This document shows, piece after piece, positions 46,868-57,599 of a stretch of 59,854 bases of DNA; position 1 is the first letter of the stretch, and each line of letters starts with the position of its first letter. The DNA is from a virus (lineage: Duplodnaviria > Caudoviricetes). The position numbers and the translations under genes were made by a program. The DNA is taken from positions 1 to 59,854 of the IMG/VR virus record IMGVR_UViG_3300030419_008063. The stretch is one strand, 5' to 3'. The notes under the pieces were generated by a model. That model was not told where the DNA came from. It did no database searches and saw only the letters and a list, made by a program, of their open reading frames with translations.

Positions 46868-49800
46868 ATGGCAACTAAAAAACCAAAAGGCTTTAGTGAG
46901 TTTACACCAGATGAATATGCAGATTATCTAGATGAACAAGAAGTCAAAGAAAAACAGCGCAAAGAGCGAGAAAAAAGAGAAAGAGAAAAGATAGCTGCTG
47001 TAGCCAAGAAACAAAAAAACCTAACAGGGTTTACTGCGTCTGAATTTAGAAAAGGTTTGCTTGAACCAGATAAATTTAAGAAAAAATTGGGAATAAAGAC
47101 GGATACGCAGCTAGAAAAAACAAAAACAAAACCCTTGACCGGTGTAGAGGATATAACCTTTATACTTGAAACAGATTCTGTAACAAAAGATTTCAACGAA
47201 TTAGGAAAGGCATTGTCGGATTTCGATGCCCAATACAGGAATTCAACCTTTTATAAAATCTACAAAGGAAGACTTCAGGTCATTGGAGGCAATTCGAAAT
47301 GGGGAAAGGAGTTAGATCTTAAAGTTTTTGCGGGACAGATGAGCACTCTAAAATCTTCAATAACGGAGTTTATAAGAACTGCTGCCAGTACTCAGCCATT
47401 GGCTCTTGATAAAAACTATAGAGATTTATTTGGTATCAATGTAAATCCATTTTACAATCCCATATTATCGGCCAGCAAAGAGAGGCAAAATCTCCAGAAA
47501 GAATTTGAAGATTTGGAAGCTTTTTTAAAAAGTGTTGGCTGGCCGAACACGGATACATGGAGCGACGAAGACGCTAAGAAGATTCGAGCTTCAGCTAAAA
47601 GAGCAGAAGAGATAAAAAACAAAATTACTAGCATCGATGGCGATGTCAACACTGGTTCAAAAAATGTAGCTAAAACTACAAAAGGTGGTAATTTTGTTCG
47701 TCGGTTTGATGGCGTTGATGGAAAAACAAAATATCGTATTACTATGGTTTTTGGCCATCAACAAGATGTTGATTTATATGAACTTCGCGAAGTGTACCTT
47801 AATATTCCTCTTTATAAATCCTCCAATTCTTATGAGATCACAGGGTATTCTGAAAGATTTACTCTATATAACAAACTAGCTCCAATAACTCAGATCATAG
47901 ATTTGCCAAAAGATTATAAAATCCCTCCTCTTTTGGCTGGAAGCTTGAGGCCTTTGATATATCTTCGCTGGCTAAGTTCTTTAGATCGAAAAGCAAATAC
48001 AAGACTAACTTGGGTCGAGTTTATTCAAAAATATGATCCTTTTACGTTTGCTCTTTTTCCCGATAATAAGGGAAAGGTGGTATTGGTAAATCAAACTGTT
48101 GCTGAGATTCTCAAGAGATTTGAAAAATCAACTGTCAAAGCTAGAAAAGAAAGCGATGCGCTAGACAAAGAAATAAGATCTAACAAAGAGTTACAAAAAC
48201 ATTTTATTGATAACATAGAAAAAAAACAAATTCTAGAGCCATCGCTGGCAGACGAACTTAGAGCTTTGCTCATAGAGTTGAATAATTCTGAAACTTTGGG
48301 TGATGCCGCTGGAACACTGGAAAAGCTTCAAAAGCTTTATGGCCTAGTGTTACATAAATATGACTTGAAAGAATTGGTTGGAACTGCTATTGAATGCGCT
48401 AACAAGCTGGTGCCTTTTGAAGAAGTGGAAAGGCTGATCTGCAAGAAAATCTTTGGCAACATAGCCAAGGCTGTTGGAGTTGAGTTCTTGAGAGGGTTGC
48501 TCAAAGATTCAGCCGGTGACGTTGAAAAGTTCGCAACTGAATTTGCTGATGTTATCAATGCTAATTTTGCCGGCCCCATGGGTATAAACGCAGTTGAAAC
48601 CTCAAAGTCTGTAACAGCAAGCGCAGATCAGATAGTAGATTTTGCGAATGAACTAGAACAGGCTCTAGATTTTCAAAAATTGTGCAGCCTTCTTTTGGAG
48701 AACGTCCCAGAATTTTTGAGACTGGTTGAACAGTCTATTGAATCGTTGGGTGCTAAGTTTGATGATCTTTCAAAAATGACTTTGCCAAAACCTCCAAGCT
48801 TTTCTTTTCCGATTATCAAGCTTCCCGATCCTTTATCCGGCGTCACACAACAAACAGAACAACAAATGTTTGACGCATTGGCAAGAACTGTTTACAGTGG
48901 AGCAATATCTCTGTTGACAACAATTATTGATGCCACATGCGTTCAGGATTATAATTATGGCGAGCAGATAATAACCAGATTGATACCGGATGGTCAAAAG
49001 ATTGCCGATGTATTTAATAGGTTTGGCATCGGTGACAGCGATACTGCGAATGAGATTGGGGGAGCTTTAGAAAAACTTTCTTTGATCTTAACTGGTACCG
49101 AGATTTGTGCTCTTTTATCAGGTGTTCCTTCCGGAAGAGTTTTGAAAATAGTAAAAACTTTTATGGATTCTCAGTATCCAAAATACAGAGATGTTTTTGC
49201 CGATGATCAAAGAATAGGTGATTTATTTTTGGCACTGGGCACACTAGTTGACGATGACGTGTGTCAGTCAATTAGAGATAACGTAGAACCTTTGGGTGAC
49301 AATTGTTTCGACAACCCCAGAAGAAACGAAATACGACAATGCTATATGAAAGGTGTTGGAGTAACAGACGAAAGGCTAAATGACTTATTTAGAGAGATGG
49401 CCGCTGAAAGTTCTTCTAGATTAGAGGAATTGATTAGAATAGCCGATCAGAAAGATCCGTATAGCGATGATGCTCCGTCTCCGTTTTGTGACGGAGAAAA
49501 AGTTTCTTTATTTCCGAAAAATAATCCAGCAATTACAAATGCTGTTTCTAGTGTTGTTGACACTGTTTTCAATACAGTTGAAATGTCTTTTGACGAGTCT
49601 ATAGCTTCTTATACTAAAAGTTTATTAAAAAAAGAAGTTCTAGAGGGTGGCAAAGATAATAATCAATCGCCCGCTACTCAAGCCGCCGAAAACCTTTTGG
49701 AGCAATATAACAATCAATATAAAAGCGGGGTTAAAAGCTCACTTCCCAACACGAAAGATGGCGTATTTGAAGATTCGAGACTGAATTCTTTTATCGACAG

Positions 49801-52800
49801 CCGCGCACTAAGTTCAAAGTTGGATCTTTTTAAGTTCAAAAACACACGAAAAAAAGTACAACCAGATTTATACAAAAGATTAGACAGCGCCGAAGAAAAT
49901 GAACTTTATTTGTATAATAAAGGCAATTATGTTTTTTCTTTACCAAAAACACCAGAGGAAGAGCAGGCAGAAATCTATGGAATAGGCTCAGAAGCTGCAA
50001 AATCAACAAACTTTCTTTTGAGCAGAATTTTGCCTCTCAAGAAGAATAGACAACTTCGAGCTTTTATGGACAATAAAATAGTAAAGGACGATAAAGGTAA
50101 AACAAAAATAACAGACGAGTTCAAATTGGATCTTTCAATTTCTGAGGTTCGCAAGCCACCTCCAAGACCTTTTCCTGTCACCGGTGAAAAATATGTAAGT
50201 GAAAATGAATGTAGGATTTATACAGTATTTATGCCGATTACTTTGGGGATAGCGAAAGATATTCGTTTTTTCGAAAGACTAAAGATTGCCGGAATAACAA
50301 AACTCAGCACTCAGCCTATTTTTCCGAATTTTGGAGAAGTAATTCCTGCATATCATCCTGAAATTTATCCATTTAAAAATCCGGGATTGGATTACAACAA
50401 GTGGAATATATCTTCTGGGATTGAAGCTGCGACTGCTAGGCTAAGAAAACAGTGGCAGGATGAGGTTTATAGAGGTCTAAAGGGGGATGATTCTTCTGCT
50501 TTTTGGCCACAAGCTTTTGCAAAAGCATTATCTTCCTCACCAAAGCCAACAAATTCATATACAGCCTTGGGCAGTAACCTTTCTGATGTGGCTCTTTTTA
50601 CCGGTTGGTATAATCCCGCGGATATTAGAGGCGGAAATTTTAGCTCATTTATTCAAAACACTGATGCGGAGCCGGACTATAAACAGGTTTTAGCCAAATT
50701 AGAAAAACATTGGCTTGACAGAGTATGGGCAGATTTGAAAATAGCCTATACATATAGGGTTTTCCAAAATGGCGAAGCTTATTTGGTTGGTTTTGATTTG
50801 AGAAGGGCGTGTCCTTCAAGTGTGCCAGATGGAACATATGCCGGCCCAAGTATGAATTTGGATGATTGGGCTAAATATAACAATGGAAATTTAGGACAAC
50901 CAGATTGGAACACAAATAATGACAGATTCAGAGCGGATTTTCCCCACCGATATCAACAAGCCATTTCAGGTCATAAGTTACATTGGATTAATCTTTTTGC
51001 CGGTTATGCCGGCGTAAAAGGTGGTAAAACACCTTTTCCCAAAGGTATCCCTGCCAATGAAAAAGCTAGAAATGTATCAAAATCAACACGAACTAGACCT
51101 TACGACCCGGTTAGTAATTTTTCTTTTTTTGACGGAGATGTTAGCATACAGTATCTGTCGGAGATGTTTACAAAATATGGATTATCAACCGATAAAGCTC
51201 GCAGAAAATTTTGGGATGATATAGGATATACTAACGAGTTTGTCAATTCAACCTTAAAAAGTGGTAATTTTCGCTGGGTAAATGGACAGTTGTGGAGAGT
51301 TGACAGTAATGGTAACTTGACGAGAAAACTAAAAGGTACGATAGATATCGGCTTTCCCAAGACAACAATACCTAAAATTGGTGGTGGAAAATATGCTATT
51401 GAAGATATTTTAAAACTTAGCGACGAGCCTGTGAGGCAGTTTCAAAGCTTGGGGCCAAATTATTTTTATGGAGAGGATGGAACTTACGCAAACAGAGAAT
51501 ATACTATTCTCGTCGAACAAAGAAAGTATGAACAAACCTCTCTTGTTGATGAAAAAGTCCAAAAATTCATTGACAAAAACAATCTCCTAAGAGAGGCTCC
51601 CAAGACTAGTCAAAAAGTTTCATCGATCAAATTTACGGAAAAAACAGCTAACAATTGGGAAACTGCTAATTCTGAAAAATTATCTGAAAAAACTGCCAAA
51701 GAATTGTTGTCGCTGAACTCAAAAGAGAAGGTAGAAACGGCTAGAAAAAGTCAAAAGTTTAATGCATCCACTTTTGATTATATTTTTGCAACAATGATAA
51801 GGAATAAGTGGGAAAAAAGATTCGGATTGTCTTTCCCAGAGATAACAAACTTTTATCTAAACAATCCTTATTTTGAAAATGATAAAGAATCTACGCACGA
51901 AGAGTTGAGAAATGCTTTTATAAATAAGATTGCAAAATTTATTTCATTTTCCAATCTTTTTGGAACAACAGATTCTGCAAATCCGAAAGTTACGGAAGAC
52001 CCGAACCTTCATGAGACAAATTTGCTTGAACATGTTGATTTCTCCCCAGAACCTTCCGAAAGTCTCAAACTATGTGACTTAGATATAGACCTGATGAGAT
52101 TTCGCGAAATAAAAAGGCAAGCCAGAGACGAATATAACACAGCAATTAACTGCATGCAGGGAGACTTCAATTCATCAGAGATTGATTTTGTATTATCTGT
52201 TTCCTCTGTGAAAGTTTTGATCAGATTGCATTGTGTGGAAGCTATTATGGCCGCTTTGTTCCCTTTTTCAATGTTTAATTTAAACGAAAAAGATGTTGAC
52301 GATTCTTTGCTTGACTACGTTACGTTGGACATTATTGAGACGATAAAAGAAGAGGCAGAAAAAATCAATCCGGGCGTTACACAAAGAAGAGAAGCTTACG
52401 ATGAGGCTTTGGAAAAATATAACACCAGCGAAGATCCCAAAGATTTGCTTCAAGCAGAAAAGGAAAGGCGAAAGATTGGAACAGATTTTTATGAATCATT
52501 TTTGGAAATCGTAGCTAGACTTTATATAAAAGATAATCCAGTTGAAGGTGTTATTGATTGTCCGAATCTCTTAATGGAATTGGTTAGAAAAGAGCTGGTG
52601 TTGGCCTCTAGGAGGCTAAAGGATGTACTTTATGATCCGAAGTTGGTTAGAGATAATAAGTTTGAGCCAAATCAAGTTTTGCTTAGGGAGATCTTTTTTA
52701 CAATTGGAATGCCAGAAAGCGAAGTGGAATATAGAAAAATTGGAAGCAGGTTTTCTAAATCTTACACCGAAAATAAAAAAACCAAGACCTATGATTCGAC

Positions 52801-55309
52801 AAAAGAGGGTGTACCAGAATACATAACAAACTATTATGGCGGCTTTTATCAGCCTAGGACTGGGTTTTTCAACGCGAAACGAGTGAGCGAAATATTTGAA
52901 TATGATCGCGGAGGTTTCTTTTTAGAAAAATATGTCAAACCAACATGGCGACCGAACCAAAAGCCGAAAGATAGAGCACTACAGGGCTACGTAGACATTC
53001 AGGCTATGGAGAAGTATCTAAAAAAGATTTCTTTTGGCACCGGTGCAAACAAAAACACACTTTTAAAAGATTATTTCACTGATCTTAAATTTGGCCTGAG
53101 ACTTGTATATAGAAGCAAAGTCTCTGGCCCTACAACATCTACTCGGTCCAAAGCAGAATCAAAATTATATTTTGATCTTATGAGCAAGTGTTTGCAAAAT
53201 AATGCAGTACAGAGGGATTCAAATGATAAAATAGCTTTGGGCTCCCCAAAGGGTCGTGTTTTTATGCACGAAGAGAAAACATGGTTTGAACCCGGACTTA
53301 CAACACTTGGTCCACCTGACTTGTTTATTCGGCAAGTTATAGATCAAACCTCTTTGCAAAAGCCATTTAAGCTTCCCGGCTTCACTGCTGATGGAAAAGA
53401 TCAAAATGGAAATGATGTATTGGCAAAAGCTGATCTTACTTTTTATATAAATTGGAAGTTTCCGTTTCCAAATAACAAATATGGTGCCGGCACTTATAAT
53501 AAGCAGTTAAATTTATTGAAAAAATTTGTGATAGATTCCATGTACGATTCATATCCAAAGAACCAAAAAGTACCAGCCAATTTATTTGACACTTCTCTGT
53601 TGAAAAAAATTAATGGTCTTTCAATAGAGGTTAGAGTCGAGCCTAATTTCGTTCCCGGTGCTCCGCAGGCATCCATTGACAAGGCAAAAGATGAACTTGT
53701 TAAACAAAATTGGCCGACAAAAAAACCAACAAAGCCCGGCATGGGTGTGGTTACCGGCAAAGATGCTATGAGTGTTGCTTATTTTGATTTTAAAAACTTT
53801 GCAAATCTTGGCTTTGTTCCCAAGCCGGCCCAAGAGGGGGGGTCATATTCAAAAATCTCGTACGAGGAAAAACACTTTTTCCTTTTTTGGAATTTGGAAA
53901 CCGAAAGAAGATATTCTTCGGTTCGGAACACGGACGAAGACATTCTGACAAAATATCTTAATCGGGGAAAGCCCCCGACTTCTGCATTTTTGAAAAGAGG
54001 TTTCAAAGGAGGTGGCATGGCCGGCTGGCCATTTGTTGGCTCCGGACCGGAAGAAGCAATTTTTCAAGGTTTTGTCGGCCTCACTCCGATGATCGAGGTC
54101 GAAGAAAATATAAGCTTAGACATTCCAGCCGCAAAATTTGTCATAACCTCTGCAAAGGAAGATTCTCAAACTGTTTCTTTGGGGCAGCCCGCAACTTGTT
54201 CTCCTGAAGAGATAGCAAAGGCCGGCCGCCGCCAAGATAGTGTTATGCCGATTGTCAGCGTTGATTTTCTTGGGGAATATGCTGACTGCTATGAAGACAG
54301 TTTGATAGATAAGATGATCAAGACAGACGACTATAGCCTCCTTTTTGGATATATGTTCCCTCTAGAAAAAGCGATTTCTCTGTTATCTATTCATGGAATG
54401 TTCTATAACAAAAATACTACAAATATTGGAGGATTGTTTGACACTGTTAAAAATAATCTTATTAGCTTGATACAGTCGGTCGACAATATCAATAATCGAG
54501 AATACGAGGACAGGAGAATAAGAGCAGTTGGCGGAGACAGAGGTTTGAATAAAGTTTCTACAAAAATTAGGACCGGCCCATCTCCAGAGCTTCAAATTGC
54601 TGAAAGAATATTTAGCTCTACTATAGACTTTGCAACAGCTCCTTTGGTTATTTTAAAAGGAATGACAGAAACATTCGATCCAAACATCGCTATGGCCAAG
54701 AAAGTTACGCAACTGGTAGGCTCCTATAAAACTGCAATTGAAGCTCAAGCGCAACCGATTTTGTTTTTGGTTGAACAACTTAAGGTGATCGGCGAGACCG
54801 TTTTCGGCGCACAGTTTCCCAAAGAGAAGCAGTTAATAGATGACAACCAGTGGTTACTCCAACTTTTAGAAGCCGTGAGAAATGTTCCTGATTTGCCGAT
54901 CCATATTCCTTCTATTTTCTTAATGTTTCAAGGAATAATTCCGGGACCACAAGGGTGGATCTATTTATTGCTAGAGCCGTTGCTAAACGACGAATTACTC
55001 AGAAAACTAAAAGAAATGGCCCTAAAAAATACTGAAGGCTTGGCCATTGAAACAACAGGTTTAGATCTTAATGCTTCGCAAAAATTGGATCTTAGCTTAC
55101 AGCAAGAATGCCGCGAAGCGCAAGTTTATCAAAAAGAAGGCCGCGGCAGGGTCGTTCTGGCCCGGCAATATACCCAAGGTGGGGAGTATGTAAGACAGAG
55201 AAATAAAAAAGACTATATAGGTCATTTTCATGTTCATGAGGATGGTACGGTTATGACAGGACCTTACCACGATCCAAAAGTTGACCATGACATTTTAGAG
55301 AAAAAATAA
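46868..55309 (+). CDS. very large (2813 aa) virion structural protein
   Basis: Uninterrupted ORF between spike and gp25; C-terminal YTQGGEY...YIGHFHVH...MTG..H module. Confidence 0.7.
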   Translation: MATKKPKGFSEFTPDEYADYLDEQEVKEKQRKEREKREREKIAAVAKKQKNLTGFTASEFRKGLLEPDKFKKKLGIKTDTQLEKTKTKPLTGVEDITFILETDSVTKDFNELGKALSDFDAQYRNSTFYKIYKGRLQVIGGNSKWGKELDLKVFAGQMSTLKSSITEFIRTAASTQPLALDKNYRDLFGINVNPFYNPILSASKERQNLQKEFEDLEAFLKSVGWPNTDTWSDEDAKKIRASAKRAEEIKNKITSIDGDVNTGSKNVAKTTKGGNFVRRFDGVDGKTKYRITMVFGHQQDVDLYELREVYLNIPLYKSSNSYEITGYSERFTLYNKLAPITQIIDLPKDYKIPPLLAGSLRPLIYLRWLSSLDRKANTRLTWVEFIQKYDPFTFALFPDNKGKVVLVNQTVAEILKRFEKSTVKARKESDALDKEIRSNKELQKHFIDNIEKKQILEPSLADELRALLIELNNSETLGDAAGTLEKLQKLYGLVLHKYDLKELVGTAIECANKLVPFEEVERLICKKIFGNIAKAVGVEFLRGLLKDSAGDVEKFATEFADVINANFAGPMGINAVETSKSVTASADQIVDFANELEQALDFQKLCSLLLENVPEFLRLVEQSIESLGAKFDDLSKMTLPKPPSFSFPIIKLPDPLSGVTQQTEQQMFDALARTVYSGAISLLTTIIDATCVQDYNYGEQIITRLIPDGQKIADVFNRFGIGDSDTANEIGGALEKLSLILTGTEICALLSGVPSGRVLKIVKTFMDSQYPKYRDVFADDQRIGDLFLALGTLVDDDVCQSIRDNVEPLGDNCFDNPRRNEIRQCYMKGVGVTDERLNDLFREMAAESSSRLEELIRIADQKDPYSDDAPSPFCDGEKVSLFPKNNPAITNAVSSVVDTVFNTVEMSFDESIASYTKSLLKKEVLEGGKDNNQSPATQAAENLLEQYNNQYKSGVKSSLPNTKDGVFEDSRLNSFIDSRALSSKLDLFKFKNTRKKVQPDLYKRLDSAEENELYLYNKGNYVFSLPKTPEEEQAEIYGIGSEAAKSTNFLLSRILPLKKNRQLRAFMDNKIVKDDKGKTKITDEFKLDLSISEVRKPPPRPFPVTGEKYVSENECRIYTVFMPITLGIAKDIRFFERLKIAGITKLSTQPIFPNFGEVIPAYHPEIYPFKNPGLDYNKWNISSGIEAATARLRKQWQDEVYRGLKGDDSSAFWPQAFAKALSSSPKPTNSYTALGSNLSDVALFTGWYNPADIRGGNFSSFIQNTDAEPDYKQVLAKLEKHWLDRVWADLKIAYTYRVFQNGEAYLVGFDLRRACPSSVPDGTYAGPSMNLDDWAKYNNGNLGQPDWNTNNDRFRADFPHRYQQAISGHKLHWINLFAGYAGVKGGKTPFPKGIPANEKARNVSKSTRTRPYDPVSNFSFFDGDVSIQYLSEMFTKYGLSTDKARRKFWDDIGYTNEFVNSTLKSGNFRWVNGQLWRVDSNGNLTRKLKGTIDIGFPKTTIPKIGGGKYAIEDILKLSDEPVRQFQSLGPNYFYGEDGTYANREYTILVEQRKYEQTSLVDEKVQKFIDKNNLLREAPKTSQKVSSIKFTEKTANNWETANSEKLSEKTAKELLSLNSKEKVETARKSQKFNASTFDYIFATMIRNKWEKRFGLSFPEITNFYLNNPYFENDKESTHEELRNAFINKIAKFISFSNLFGTTDSANPKVTEDPNLHETNLLEHVDFSPEPSESLKLCDLDIDLMRFREIKRQARDEYNTAINCMQGDFNSSEIDFVLSVSSVKVLIRLHCVEAIMAALFPFSMFNLNEKDVDDSLLDYVTLDIIETIKEEAEKINPGVTQRREAYDEALEKYNTSEDPKDLLQAEKERRKIGTDFYESFLEIVARLYIKDNPVEGVIDCPNLLMELVRKELVLASRRLKDVLYDPKLVRDNKFEPNQVLLREIFFTIGMPESEVEYRKIGSRFSKSYTENKKTKTYDSTKEGVPEYITNYYGGFYQPRTGFFNAKRVSEIFEYDRGGFFLEKYVKPTWRPNQKPKDRALQGYVDIQAMEKYLKKISFGTGANKNTLLKDYFTDLKFGLRLVYRSKVSGPTTSTRSKAESKLYFDLMSKCLQNNAVQRDSNDKIALGSPKGRVFMHEEKTWFEPGLTTLGPPDLFIRQVIDQTSLQKPFKLPGFTADGKDQNGNDVLAKADLTFYINWKFPFPNNKYGAGTYNKQLNLLKKFVIDSMYDSYPKNQKVPANLFDTSLLKKINGLSIEVRVEPNFVPGAPQASIDKAKDELVKQNWPTKKPTKPGMGVVTGKDAMSVAYFDFKNFANLGFVPKPAQEGGSYSKISYEEKHFFLFWNLETERRYSSVRNTDEDILTKYLNRGKPPTSAFLKRGFKGGGMAGWPFVGSGPEEAIFQGFVGLTPMIEVEENISLDIPAAKFVITSAKEDSQTVSLGQPATCSPEEIAKAGRRQDSVMPIVSVDFLGEYADCYEDSLIDKMIKTDDYSLLFGYMFPLEKAISLLSIHGMFYNKNTTNIGGLFDTVKNNLISLIQSVDNINNREYEDRRIRAVGGDRGLNKVSTKIRTGPSPELQIAERIFSSTIDFATAPLVILKGMTETFDPNIAMAKKVTQLVGSYKTAIEAQAQPILFLVEQLKVIGETVFGAQFPKEKQLIDDNQWLLQLLEAVRNVPDLPIHIPSIFLMFQGIIPGPQGWIYLLLEPLLNDELLRKLKEMALKNTEGLAIETTGLDLNASQKLDLSLQQECREAQVYQKEGRGRVVLARQYTQGGEYVRQRNKKDYIGHFHVHEDGTVMTGPYHDPKVDHDILEKK

Positions 55310-55324
55310 CAAGAGGGAGAAAAA

Positions 55325-55744
55325 ATGGCAGGACTTTCACCAAAATTACCATTGCAGAGAGATCAAGTTGACGGGTTTTATTCTTTGAATAAGACGCACG
55401 TTGAACTAGTAAAACAAAATTTTAAAATGCTTTTGCTAACCTCGCCCGGTGAAAGAATAATGGATCCTAATTTTGGCGTAGGGTTGCGAACATTTTTGTT
55501 CGAGCAGGATGCACAAATATTACAAGATCAGATTGTCTCGAAGATAAACGAGCAGGTTAAAATCTATTTACCCTTCATAGATGTTCAAGAGGTAAATTTT
55601 CATGCCTTGTCACAAGGAGGTTTGGATTTTGATCCAAATACTTTATCAGTTGTTATCAAGTATGAAATCATTCCTTTGAAAAAATCTTATTCTTTGGAAA
55701 TTAGTCCTTTGGAAGATATTTCTCGTGCGCAAATAAATCTGTGA
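55325..55744 (+). CDS. baseplate wedge protein, gp25-like
   Basis: QNFKMLLLTSPGERIMDPNFGVGL..FLFE, YLPFI. Confidence 0.9.
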   Translation: MAGLSPKLPLQRDQVDGFYSLNKTHVELVKQNFKMLLLTSPGERIMDPNFGVGLRTFLFEQDAQILQDQIVSKINEQVKIYLPFIDVQEVNFHALSQGGLDFDPNTLSVVIKYEIIPLKKSYSLEISPLEDISRAQINL

Positions 55745-55748
55745 TTGA

Positions 55749-55755
55749 CTATTTA
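55749..55755 (+). promoter_or_regulatory. candidate phage late-promoter motif CTATTTA
   Basis: In the 34-bp gap before the gp6-like gene. Confidence 0.5.
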
Positions 55756-55778
55756 TTTTAAAAAAAGGAAATGGTTAT

Positions 55779-57599
55779 ATGGCTCAATACCGTTCAAAGT
55801 CTAAAGCTAAAAAAGTACCTATTAAGTACACAAGTAGAGATTTTTCGTCAATTCGTGACGATCTGATCGATTACGCAAAGAGATATTACCCCAGTACATA
55901 TCAGGATTTCAGCGAAGCCGGTTTCGGCTCGTTGATGATTGACACTGTTTCTTATGTTGGGGATATTTTATCGTTTTATCTGGATTATCAGGCAAATGAA
56001 ACTTTCTTGGATACTGCTTTTGAGTTTGAAAACATTCGAAAGATTGGGAAACAACTAGGGTACAAAATCAAGGGAAGACCAACTTCTTTTGGCACGGCAA
56101 CGTTTTATGCGACTGTCCCAGCCGCGGCTGTTGGAGAAGGTCCAGATTCTAGATATTACCCCACAGTTAAAAAAGGAACAGTTCTTTCGGCTGATAGCGG
56201 TAACCGTTTTACTCTAAATGAAGATGTGTTTTTTGATGATCCAACAAATGAAGTTGTTGTTGCTGAAGTTGATTCAACAACCGGCTTGCCAATCTCTTAT
56301 GCGATAAAAGCAAAAGGTTTGGTTCTTTCTGGCGAACTAAATGTTCAAACCATCAATGTTGCCGATGCAGAGAGATTTCTCAAGATTCAGCTAGAAGATC
56401 CTAACTTTAGCGAAATTGTGTCAGTTATCGACTCGGATGGTAATGAATACTTTGAGGTTGATAGTTTGTCACAGAATGTAGTCTATAAAGCTGTTACAAA
56501 CAGAGGTAGGACATCTTTGGATGCTAAATCTATTCTCAAGCCTTTTGTTGTTCCTCGAAGATTCACTGTGGATTTTGACGGCGATTTCTTCTTTTTGCAG
56601 TTTGGATCAGGCACTGAGACAGAATTAGAAGAAGCTAGTCAAAACTTGTTTGATCCTCAAAAAGTTGCATTACAGATGCATGGAAGAGATTATGTTTCGA
56701 GCACGTCTTTCGATCCAAACAGACTGATTAAAACAGATAAGTTTGGAATAGCTCCGGGCAACACGACTTTGGAAATTGTATATCGAAGAGTTGACACTGA
56801 GACAGCTAATGCAGCGGTTGGGACTCTAACACAGGTTATCGATCCAATCGTAACTTTTGCCGACGAAACAACAGTTGATACTGAATTAGCCTTTTCTGTT
56901 ATTGACTCTTTAGAGGTCACTAATGAAGATCCGATTACTGGAGATGTTGAAATTCCAGATGCAGATGAGTTGCGACAGAGAATATTTGATAATTATGCAT
57001 CTCAAAATAGAGCAGTTACTGCACAGGATTATCAGGCAGTAATTTATGCAATGCCGCCAAAATTTGGTTCGGTGAAAAGGGCAGCAATTTTGAGAGATAG
57101 AAATTCTCTAAAAAGAAATTTGAACATTTATGTGATTTCAGAAGATTCCGAGGGAGAGCTGGTGCAAACAAGCAATTCTATAAAAGAAAATTTGAAAACT
57201 TGGCTAAATCGCTATAGAATGATCAACGACACTATTGACATTTTAGATGCTAAAATTATAAACTTATCATTAGAATTTAGCATTTTAGGGGATTTAGAAA
57301 AAAATAAATATGATATTTTGAATGATGCGGTGACTGAACTTCAAAACTATTACAATCGGACATTTGATATTGGCGAGCCTTTCTTTGTGACTGATGTTTA
57401 TAAAGTCTTGAAAGACGTTGAAGGCGTCGTTGACGTTGTTGATGTAAAAGTAAAGCAAAAAACAGGAGGAGAATACTCCAGAACTCGAATTGATATGGAA
57501 AGGAGTACATCGAGAGATGGCCGCCTGATTCGAGCCCCGGAAAATTGTATTTTTGAAATCAAAAGGCCTATCGCTGACATTAAAGGGATTATTAAGTAA
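55779..57599 (+). CDS. baseplate wedge protein, T4 gp6-like
   Basis: YTSRDF..IR..L, YQDFSE, DILSFYLDYQANETFL, FGSG, SQNRAVTAQDY. Confidence 0.9.
   Translation: MAQYRSKSKAKKVPIKYTSRDFSSIRDDLIDYAKRYYPSTYQDFSEAGFGSLMIDTVSYVGDILSFYLDYQANETFLDTAFEFENIRKIGKQLGYKIKGRPTSFGTATFYATVPAAAVGEGPDSRYYPTVKKGTVLSADSGNRFTLNEDVFFDDPTNEVVVAEVDSTTGLPISYAIKAKGLVLSGELNVQTINVADAERFLKIQLEDPNFSEIVSVIDSDGNEYFEVDSLSQNVVYKAVTNRGRTSLDAKSILKPFVVPRRFTVDFDGDFFFLQFGSGTETELEEASQNLFDPQKVALQMHGRDYVSSTSFDPNRLIKTDKFGIAPGNTTLEIVYRRVDTETANAAVGTLTQVIDPIVTFADETTVDTELAFSVIDSLEVTNEDPITGDVEIPDADELRQRIFDNYASQNRAVTAQDYQAVIYAMPPKFGSVKRAAILRDRNSLKRNLNIYVISEDSEGELVQTSNSIKENLKTWLNRYRMINDTIDILDAKIINLSLEFSILGDLEKNKYDILNDAVTELQNYYNRTFDIGEPFFVTDVYKVLKDVEGVVDVVDVKVKQKTGGEYSRTRIDMERSTSRDGRLIRAPENCIFEIKRPIADIKGIIK

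Noticed and set aside
46868-55309. Tape-measure protein or intein-containing gene
   Set aside because: No periodic tape-measure repeats, and no recognisable intein splice or LAGLIDADG motifs
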